Counted from the stretch's first letter, positions 1 to 6,908 are shown. The stretch: 18,689 bases of DNA from Snowella sp. (GCA_035285545.1 JAYKGY010000025.1:1-18689), one strand, 5' to 3'. Program-made: numbers and translations. The notes: generated from the letters alone by a model not told the origin.

Positions 1-93
1 AACAATCGTCTCAAACTGATTAAGCGTCAGGCTTATGGGTTTCTTAACTTTGAAAATATGCGTCGTCGCTTTTTAGCTTGCTTTTCATTATGA
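1..93 (+). CDS. ISL3-family transposase, C-terminal fragment (truncated by window edge)
   Basis: Frame 1 reads NNRLKLIKRQAYGFLNFENMRRRFLACFSL*, which matches the ISL3 C-terminal motif NN+IK.IKR.AYGF.NF.NF+.R. Confidence 0.9.
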   Translation, partial: NNRLKLIKRQAYGFLNFENMRRRFLACFSL

Positions 94-125
94 GTTTTAC
101 TTATCACTCTTTATTCAGAAGAACC
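1..125 (+). mobile_element. ISL3 insertion sequence right end, terminal inverted repeat about 101-125
   Basis: TTATCACTCTTTATTCAGAAGAACC follows the transposase stop. Its reverse complement begins GGTTCTTC, the typical ISL3 terminus (GG.TC). Confidence 0.75.
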
Positions 126-499
126 CCGTTATATTATTAGAACACATATAAAAATAAAATTTTGCGTAATAGGTGTATCAGTGGGGCTTCTAGGTTGTAC
201 GAAAACTTAGAAGTTTTTTTATTATATGAATATAAACTTAAAAAATAAAGGGCTATCCGTAATTTTGATAATGATAAATCTTGTTTTTATTTCTCTGTAT
301 TCAAGGCTTTAGACGCTAAAAACTAGACAGAATAAGCTTAGATAAAAAGCGATAGTTTGTATTATTATTAATAACTTTTTACACAGTATAAAAACTGCTA
401 TATAAATCAATTTTATTAACGGATTGCTATAGACCACACAGCATAACAATAACTTTTCAATTAGTCTAAAACAAACTAAGTTAGTATTTTATATTTTCT

Positions 500-531
500 A
501 AATTATTAATAATAATTATTATTAATAATTT
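500..531. repeat. Perfect 32-bp AT palindrome (copy 1)
   Basis: AAATTATTAATAATAATTATTATTAATAATTT is its own reverse complement. Confidence 0.9.
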
Positions 532-658
532 TAAGAACTACTCTAGACATCCTGAGAGTGTAAGGAATTGGTAAACGGTTGTACTATCAAGAGACAATGA
601 AGCGAAAAGATATATTCTTAAGATAGTTTACCGATTAGCTCCTGAGTGTCAGTGTGTT

Positions 659-701
659 AGGTATGTTGTGGAAATTATTAATAATAATTATTAGTAATAA
701 T
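659..701 (+). repeat. 43-bp direct repeat, left copy (AGGTATGTTGTGG plus AT palindrome copy 2)
   Basis: Matches 3263-3305 at 41 of 43 positions. Confidence 0.9.
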
Positions 702-1069
702 CCTGAAAGCTTCTCAATCTAGCTACCAATGGCAAGACATAGACTAAGGCACGATTAAGGATAGAGATTAATCAATCTATACTGATAAGCCTTAAACCGA
801 TAAGTAATCTTAATGATTAAGCGTGATTAGTTTTAACAGGGTTATCTAATTAGAGCTTTGCATTTAAATGCGATTCTAGACACTTGAATCTTAATCAACG
901 TATGAATAGACCTAACGTTAAATTTGAATACCTAGAATCGAATCCTGAGACGAGCGATTCTAGATAGAGGATTAATGAGAAATTCTGATTATTCGATAGA
1001 GTATCTATTTGAATATTGAATAGACCGTTGAAAAATATTCGTTTTAATGTAGCGTCAGAATATTAAATG

Positions 1070-1106
1070 CGTCTTGACTGAGTGCGTCCAACACTTAATC
1101 AAGACG
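1070..1106 (+). promoter_or_regulatory. Hairpin in the 5' leader of the helicase gene
   Basis: CGTCTTGACTGAGTG-CGTCCAA-CACTTAATCAAGACG forms a 15-bp stem with one mismatch and one G-U pair, about 40 nt upstream of the start codon. Confidence 0.6.
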
Positions 1107-1147
1107 ACTTCCACTCTCACTAAGCAAGTAGTTTCGAGGGCAATTTT

Positions 1148-2671
1148 ATGATGTCAGAAATTATCAATAATGGCAACGGTAGCAAGTCTGTTTTTTTTCA
1201 TCATGTTTTAGTGCCATTAAGCAAGCTTTCAGATAATCCGATTATTCCTTATCTTCTATGGAAATTAGATATCGATAGAACATCAAAGTTAGAAGATAAG
1301 GAATTATATAAACAGGTATCAGGATTAAGTCATGAGGAGTTATGGGAAGTCTTAGAACAGGCTGTTAATTTTGATTATCACAAACTAAGTCAGGCTGAAG
1401 CGTTAGAAGTCTTAGGAGAGCTTGCCAAGGTCTGTAATAGTAACGGAGAGTTTGCAATTATAACCGCTAAAATGCGTTATTTAGTGCATTTTGAACATAG
1501 TAAATGGGATTTAGTTTGTAAGCCATTTGCTGATGATATAAAGAACCGTTTATCTAAAGGTGAATTACATCTATGCAATGAGGATTTTAAGAGTAAATTA
1601 CTTGAGATTGAGATTCAAACATGGTTACAAGAGAGTAATTTAATCTCTAAAACGCTTAAGCAAAGGGAGATTTGTAAGATTTACGGTATAAGTAACCGTG
1701 ATTTTCAATACTTAGCCTTTAATCTCGATAAGGATAACGCTAAACCAGAAGCTAAGTTATTAAACTCTGATGAGTTTATGCAGTTAACGAGTCAAGGGAA
1801 TGAATGGTTAATTACGGGATTAATCCCTAATCAAGGTGTAACTATAATCGGTGCTGTAGCGGGTTGTGGAAAAACTACACTTGCTTATGATTTAGCGGGT
1901 TCTGTTATCTATGGTGATGATTTCTTAGGTGAGAATCCTTTAAAAACAGGTGATGTTTTAATCGTTGCAAGTGATGAGCTACCGTGTTTTAGTCAAGACA
2001 AATTAATTAATCGGGGTATCGTTAAAGGGTTTCATTTCTTGCTTGATTGGGATGTTAGCCAATGGCATAAATTAGATTACTCGATAGAAGCTACAAGACC
2101 TAAATTAGTGATTGTTGATAGCTTTTCGAGTATTCATTCAAATGATGCAACGTTTAACGAAAATAGTTCTATCGCTAGTCAGACCGTGAAGAAATTAGAG
2201 CAATTATCTTGTAAATATTCATTACCAGTTGTTTTAATTCATCACTTAGCTAAGAGTAAAGATAATAGCGGTGTTAATCGTTTACGTGGTAGTAGTGCTA
2301 TCGCTGCAAGCTGTTCTAATATTCTTATTCTCGATGGGAATGAAACGGTTAAAAAGCTTAAGCAGGTTAAAGTCAGAGGAAGTGAGCCGTTAGACCTTGA
2401 GATTGAAATGAATCCCAATGAGGGAACGTTTAAGGTCTTATCTGGTAATCAAGATAGTATCGAGACTAAAAGCCTTGCAAAGCGTTTAGAATCGTTTTTT
2501 AGTGCTAATCGTGGGACGTTTTACAGTAAGGATAATTTAATGTCTGAGTTCTCAGGTGATAACTTTGAAAACTTGATTAAGTCTTTAAACCGATTGGTTA
2601 AGCAAGGTAAGGTAACTAAAAAACTGGACAAAAAAGACAACCGTGTCAGACTTTGGGGCAGTGTCCAGTAA
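1148..2671 (+). CDS. AAA_25 / RepA-like (RecA-fold, SF4-like) replicative helicase with unknown N-terminal domain and probable C-terminal winged helix
   Basis: The 507-aa ORF shows WLITGLIP, Walker A GAVAGCGKT, Walker B LVIVDS, VLIHH and LRGSSAI, all AAA_25/RepA motifs. Its C-terminus (LIKSLNRLVKQGKVTK) is wHTH-like. A GAGGG RBS lies upstream. Confidence 0.85.
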   Translation: MMSEIINNGNGSKSVFFHHVLVPLSKLSDNPIIPYLLWKLDIDRTSKLEDKELYKQVSGLSHEELWEVLEQAVNFDYHKLSQAEALEVLGELAKVCNSNGEFAIITAKMRYLVHFEHSKWDLVCKPFADDIKNRLSKGELHLCNEDFKSKLLEIEIQTWLQESNLISKTLKQREICKIYGISNRDFQYLAFNLDKDNAKPEAKLLNSDEFMQLTSQGNEWLITGLIPNQGVTIIGAVAGCGKTTLAYDLAGSVIYGDDFLGENPLKTGDVLIVASDELPCFSQDKLINRGIVKGFHFLLDWDVSQWHKLDYSIEATRPKLVIVDSFSSIHSNDATFNENSSIASQTVKKLEQLSCKYSLPVVLIHHLAKSKDNSGVNRLRGSSAIAASCSNILILDGNETVKKLKQVKVRGSEPLDLEIEMNPNEGTFKVLSGNQDSIETKSLAKRLESFFSANRGTFYSKDNLMSEFSGDNFENLIKSLNRLVKQGKVTKKLDKKDNRVRLWGSVQ

Positions 2672-2943
2672 TTAAAAGTATTGCTGTATAAGGGTTTAAG
2701 TCGATTACTGGACAAAATAAAAGTGTCCAGTAATTTTTTTTGAAAGTCTAAAAAGTGTCCAGTAATGGCATCAAAGCTATATACAGTAAGGGTTTAGGTT
2801 AATTACTGGACAAAATAAACGCTAAAAAGTGTCCAGTAATCGGTTCAAATGATTGTATATCAAGGTTTTAAGCTTATTTGAACGTGATAAAAATGATTAA
2901 AAGTGTCCAGTAATCGGGTGAAAGTATTGCTGTATATACGTTT
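2623..2943. repeat. Iteron-like array, putative replication origin
   Basis: AGTGTCCAGTAAT occurs at 2660, 2722, 2754, 2828 and 2902. Inverted ATTACTGGACA occurs at 2704 and 2802 (partial at 2623). A 23-bp AAA..N7..AAGGnTTT box is interleaved at 2675, 2773, 2847 and 2921. Confidence 0.85.
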
Positions 2944-3184
2944 CAATGATTTGGGTATAAAAACGGTACAAAAATGATGTAAAAATAACGTGTTTTTGCT
3001 TGACAAAATAAGGATAATTTGATCAAATAAATATTACAGAAAAACAGTGTCTTACTCGCCAAAGTAAAAACTGATTTCTTGAACAAGAGTAAACGCCAAA
3101 AGTTATAAATTTTTACATCGTTTTTGAGGGATTCGCTTTTAAAAATCAATCAATCAATAAGAGAGTATTTACAGATATAAAAAT

Positions 3185-3212
3185 AAAACTACCTAAGAGC
3201 GGTAGTTTTTTT
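3185..3212 (+). terminator. Intrinsic terminator, possibly bidirectional
   Basis: AAAACTACC-TAAGAGC-GGTAGTTTT followed by further T residues. Confidence 0.7.
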
Positions 3213-3262
3213 GTTTGGATAGCTCGACAAACATCCTAGAAAGCTTAAAGGCTTACTGGTTA

Positions 3263-3306
3263 AGGTATGTTGTGGGAATTATTAATAATAATTATTATTA
3301 ATAATT
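3263..3306 (+). repeat. 43-bp direct repeat, right copy (AGGTATGTTGTGG plus perfect 30-bp AT palindrome copy 3 at 3277-3306)
   Basis: AGGTATGTTGTGGGAATTATTAATAATAATTATTATTAATAATT matches 659-701, and its palindrome matches 501-530. Confidence 0.9.
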
Positions 3307-3399
3307 TAGAGAAGACGTTAGATGCTCAATGACTAGGCAAGTTTTAAGAGTAGTACACTGATACTGAGATTAAAGATAGAGCATAGCAGGATAGCTATT

Positions 3400-3443
3400 A
3401 AAAAAGTTAGTAAGATTGCTATCGTTTGTTCTTACTAACTTTT
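3400..3443 (-). terminator. 14-bp inverted repeat downstream of the integrase, likely terminator
   Basis: AAAAGTTAGTAAGA (3402-3415) pairs with TCTTACTAACTTTT (3430-3443). It lies 30 nt past the integrase stop and has a T-run on the minus strand. Confidence 0.6.
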
Positions 3444-3473
3444 ATTGTTTATGAGATTAGCGGAAAAAAGTAG

Positions 3474-4682
3474 CTAAATATCGGTTAACTCATAATCTCC
3501 AGTCTTACCTAAATAATGGTATCTAATCATGTCTGTTGATGTTCCAACCAATTCAGCTATCTGATGTTCTTTCATTTTGCTATCGGGGTCATTTAATTGT
3601 AATGAGATAAAAGTGTGTCTAGTACAATAAGGTTTGCGATATGAAATTTTCAGTTCTCTTAAAACGTATTTCCAAGGTGTTCTAAATGAATTGTGATTTA
3701 TATTTTTAAATAGCTCATCATTAGAGTTATTAGAAAATGCGTCCATAGTTTCTAATAGCTCTCGTAATTTAGGTGTTACTGGAAACTTACGGGAATTTTG
3801 TGTTTTTAATCCTTTCTTAACTGTGACATTTTTGAGACCTCTGTTACTAAGAACTTTGCCCTGTCTAAAAAATATTTCTTTCTCTGAAATATCGGAAAAC
3901 CTTAACCCTAAAGCTTCTGACGTTCTGCATCCTGTTAAGAATAAGAATTCAACATAAGGTGCATATTTGCTATGACAGCCTTGATATCTTGAAAACTGAT
4001 TGGTTTTAAAAGCATAAATAATTGCATCTTTTTGTTCTTTATTAAATGGGTTAATATCGTCTAAATGTTCTTCATTATCATCATTTGAATACTGACGTTG
4101 TTTTTTAGGATTAATATCTTTCAGTAAATCTTTTGCGTGATTAACTGTGATTCGTTTATTCCTTACCCAAAAGTCTAAACATGATGATACTTGTTTAAGA
4201 TATCTTTTTAATCCCTCATGCGTTTTGCAAGTATCTTCTAAATAATCTCGAAAAGCAAGTATTTCATCGAAACTATCAGGATTTTTTACAGGATGAGCAT
4301 TAAGGTGTTTTTCTGTCTGTTGAATATCGCCTGCGATATAACTAGGACTCCATTTAGATTTTTGACGTTCAACGTATTCATTCCATAGTTCTAATAGGCT
4401 ATATCGCCTTAATGGAACTACTTTATTTTTGTTATCTAATTCAGCTTTGAATTCTAGGATTGCTTGGTATTGCTCATTGTCGATATAGCTTTGGATTTTA
4501 TTCTCAAGCTCTATGGCTTTGGGCAAGTTTGCTTGAGATTCATTAATCCTTAGCGAGATTCTTGCACAATCGTTCTGGTCAAATAAAAGCCTTGAAATGG
4601 GTTTCGGTAGCCTCAAATAGTATTTACCGTTGATAACGTTTAATTGAACCTTACCATGCTTGCCTTTATTACTCGAATACAT
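3474..4682 (-). CDS. Tyrosine recombinase/integrase, cyanobacterial type with N-terminal arm-binding-like domain
   Basis: 402 aa with LFLTGCRTSEALGL (catalytic R), GLKTQ (K), PYCTRHTF (Y-x-x-R variant of HxxR) and VGTS..MIRYHY (catalytic Y). A GAGGT RBS lies upstream. Confidence 0.95.
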   Translation of the reverse strand: MYSSNKGKHGKVQLNVINGKYYLRLPKPISRLLFDQNDCARISLRINESQANLPKAIELENKIQSYIDNEQYQAILEFKAELDNKNKVVPLRRYSLLELWNEYVERQKSKWSPSYIAGDIQQTEKHLNAHPVKNPDSFDEILAFRDYLEDTCKTHEGLKRYLKQVSSCLDFWVRNKRITVNHAKDLLKDINPKKQRQYSNDDNEEHLDDINPFNKEQKDAIIYAFKTNQFSRYQGCHSKYAPYVEFLFLTGCRTSEALGLRFSDISEKEIFFRQGKVLSNRGLKNVTVKKGLKTQNSRKFPVTPKLRELLETMDAFSNNSNDELFKNINHNSFRTPWKYVLRELKISYRKPYCTRHTFISLQLNDPDSKMKEHQIAELVGTSTDMIRYHYLGKTGDYELTDI

Positions 4683-4719
4683 CTGGATACCTCAATAAAC
4701 GATATCTTGATTTTAGAGC

Positions 4720-4741
4720 AAAGTGGCATAAAAGTGGCATA
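4720..4741. repeat. Tandem 11-bp direct repeat, putative integrase arm-type binding sites
   Basis: Two copies of AAAGTGGCATA lie between the integrase start and the att core, with a weaker third copy (TAGCCATA) near 4750. Confidence 0.6.
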
Positions 4742-4810
4742 AACCACGTTAGCCATAAGTACACAAATCGAGTAAATCCTTACAGGACAAGGTATAGAAC
4801 AATTAAATCA

Positions 4811-4869
4811 TTCCGACTTGAAATCGGGAGACTAGCAATAGTCCGCAGGTTCAAATCCTGTCCTCTCCG
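4811..4869 (+). pseudogene. 3' portion of tRNA-Ser(UGA), the attachment-site duplication
   Basis: Anticodon arm TCCGA-CTTGAAA-TCGGG, long variable arm GACTA-GCAA-TAGTC, T-arm GCAGG-TTCAAAT-CCTGT and acceptor 3' strand CCTCTCC-G are all present. No GGAGAGG 5' strand or D-arm lies upstream. Confidence 0.85.
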
Positions 4870-5203
4870 TAGTTTCAGCGATAATTAATGCGAGGTTGGT
4901 GAGAGATTTTTGCACCAATCTTAAAGAGGCATGATACAGGTGTATTATTATAGATTCTTCGCTCAATAGATAATTAGATGATGACGCTTTATTGTGCTGA
5001 AAGAAGTCAAGGGTCTTTTCAATGTCCCATTCGCTCCAAAATACATAGGTACATCCTCGAACCAGTAAAGCCATCAAGGAAAAAACGCGAGCAAATAAAG
5101 CAAAATTGTCAGCAGTTTTGTATTCATGGAGCTAACTTTAGCGTTTAAATACAAAGAAGCCCCCCAATAAATTGGAAGGACTTAGCAAACTTTACAAATA
5201 TAA

Positions 5204-5284
5204 TGCGGATGACGAGACTCGAACTCGTAAGGCAAAGCCACACGCCCCTCAAACGTGCGCGTATACCAATTCCGCCACATCCGC
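5204..5284 (-). tRNA. trnL: tRNA-Leu(GAG)
   Basis: Reverse complement GCGGATGTGGCGGAATTGGTATACGCGCACGTTTGAGGGGCGTGTGGCTTTGCCTTACGAGTTCGAGTCTCGTCATCCGCA forms a full cloverleaf with anticodon GAG. Confidence 0.95.
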
Positions 5285-5365
5285 GTTTGAGCAGAATCTA
5301 ATATAACACGGTAAGCGGTGAACAAACAAGTTAATGTTAAAAATTATCTAGGAGGTTCAATTGAC

Positions 5366-6637
5366 CTATGATGCCCGTTTCAGAGCGCGCTGAGCAATAT
5401 CCCGTCGATAATATTTTCCTTCAAATTGAATGGGTTCAACGGCTTGATAAACTTCCGCGATCGCCTGGGTAAAAGTTTCGCCAAGGGCGGTTACCCCTAA
5501 AACCCGTCCTCCATCAGTGAGCAATTGCCCGGATTGCATCGTTGTGCCCGCATGAAAAACCACGGAGGGTTGTTGCTCTGCTTGGTCAATCCCTGTGATC
5601 ACTTTTCCTTTTTCATAACTGCCTGGATAGCCTTGGGAGGCTAAGACCACACAAACGGATTTACCGGAATTCCATTGGAGTGGGGGAAATTGACTCAGAC
5701 GTTGTTCGGCACAGGCTAAAAGAACCGCTTCTAACGGCGTTTCTAATAGGGGCAAAATGGCTTGGGTTTCCGGATCACCAAAACGACAGTTATATTCCAA
5801 TACCTTAATTTGTCCGTCTTCGGTCACCATTAATCCGGCATACAGAACTCCCCGATAATCAATTCCTCGTTTACGTAGGGTTTCTAGGGTTGGTTGCAAA
5901 ACTTCCTGAGTGATTTTTTCCATCAATTCAGGGGGAGCAATGGGGGCTGGGGCATAGACTCCCATTCCGCCGGTATTATTGCCCGTATCGCCTTCTCCAA
6001 TGCGTTTGTGATCCTGAGCGGGTAAGAGAGGCCGCACACTCAGCCCATCGGTGATGGCTAAGACAGAAACTTCTTCGCCTTCTAAAAATTCTTCGACGAC
6101 TAATTTGTTAAAACCCAGTTCAAATAATTCGGCGATCGCGGTTTGGGCTTCTGCTACCGTACTGGCAACGATGACCCCTTTTCCGGCGGCTAATCCATCA
6201 GCTTTAACCACAATGGGGGCCCCTTGACTTGCGACATAGGCTTGCGCTTGCGTCGGATCGGTAAAGGTTTCCCCTTTGGCCGTAGGGACTCCAGCTTCTT
6301 CCATCAAGGCTTTTGCCCAAGACTTACTCGCTTCGATCTGTGCGCCCACTTGATCGGGCCCGAAGACTTTAATGTTTTGGGATTGCAAATAATCAGTCAT
6401 GCCTAAAGAGAGGGGCAACTCTGGCCCCACCACCACTAAATCGATTTGATTATCTAAACAAAGTTGGCTGATACCCACAAAATCTTCAACCGCAAGGGAA
6501 ATATTTTCACATTTTGCAAGCGTTGCGGTTCCCCCATTGCCAGGGACACAAAAACAGTGACTAACTTGCGGAGATTGCACCAATTTCCAAGCGATCGCGT
6601 GTTCCCGTCCCCCATTCCCGACCACTAAAACCTTCAC
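5366..6637 (-). CDS. purD: Phosphoribosylamine--glycine ligase
   Basis: MKVLVVGNGGREHAIAW, KADGLAAGKGV, QDHKR, NTGGMG and EYNCRFGDPETQ motifs; GTG start with AGGAG RBS. Confidence 0.98.
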   Translation of the reverse strand: MKVLVVGNGGREHAIAWKLVQSPQVSHCFCVPGNGGTATLAKCENISLAVEDFVGISQLCLDNQIDLVVVGPELPLSLGMTDYLQSQNIKVFGPDQVGAQIEASKSWAKALMEEAGVPTAKGETFTDPTQAQAYVASQGAPIVVKADGLAAGKGVIVASTVAEAQTAIAELFELGFNKLVVEEFLEGEEVSVLAITDGLSVRPLLPAQDHKRIGEGDTGNNTGGMGVYAPAPIAPPELMEKITQEVLQPTLETLRKRGIDYRGVLYAGLMVTEDGQIKVLEYNCRFGDPETQAILPLLETPLEAVLLACAEQRLSQFPPLQWNSGKSVCVVLASQGYPGSYEKGKVITGIDQAEQQPSVVFHAGTTMQSGQLLTDGGRVLGVTALGETFTQAIAEVYQAVEPIQFEGKYYRRDIAQRALKRAS

Positions 6638-6908
6638 GATTACTCCTTAATTTTTGAGATAGATCTGCTTTTTCCAGATTATCAGGATTGTTCAAAGTAA
6701 TCATTGGGAATCATGAGGATTTGGGCGAATTTTAGGATGGGGAGGTATTACGTTTTGTGTGGTATTCAATCAATTTATGCAGAAGCTAGAGAAATCATCC
6801 AAGAATTCAAACAATCTCATGATTACAGTAAGAATAGATACCAAATAGCGAGATTCGGCTTATTGGTTTGTTGATATACCTAATTTTTAAATAATCAGGA
6901 GTAGGGCA

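Larger units (their letters stand above)
1..4869. mobile_element. tRNA-Ser-targeting integrative element (satellite or integrated-plasmid-like); left end lies outside the window
   Basis: Tyrosine integrase next to a 3' tRNA-Ser fragment, a Rep-like helicase with an iteron array, AT-rich composition and no HIP1 sites, unlike the flanking host DNA. Confidence 0.85.

Noticed and set aside
226..312. 28-aa hydrophobic ORF MNINLKNKGLSVILIMINLVFISLYSRL as a type I toxin
   Set aside because: No RBS and no evident antisense unit; AT-rich DNA yields such peptides by chance.
2623..2943. CRISPR array
   Set aside because: Repeats are only 13 bp and occur in both orientations. The intervening DNA contains a second repeated motif rather than unique spacers, and no cas genes are present.
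2521..3149. Minus-strand ORFs 2521-2715 and 2943-3149
   Set aside because: They are antisense to the helicase/iterons or made of low-complexity F/K/L/I-rich AT sequence, so they are likely spurious.
4790..4869. Intact tRNA-Ser
   Set aside because: The 5' acceptor strand (GGAGAGG) and D-arm are missing, so it is an att duplication.
1..4869. Complete prophage or defence island
   Set aside because: No structural, lysis, conjugation or defence genes are visible in the portion shown; any cargo lies left of the window.
4832..5077. 81-aa minus-strand ORF
   Set aside because: It runs antisense through the tRNA fragment, has a TTG start and no recognisable motif. A nearby ATG at 5127 is in another frame and stops after 17 codons.
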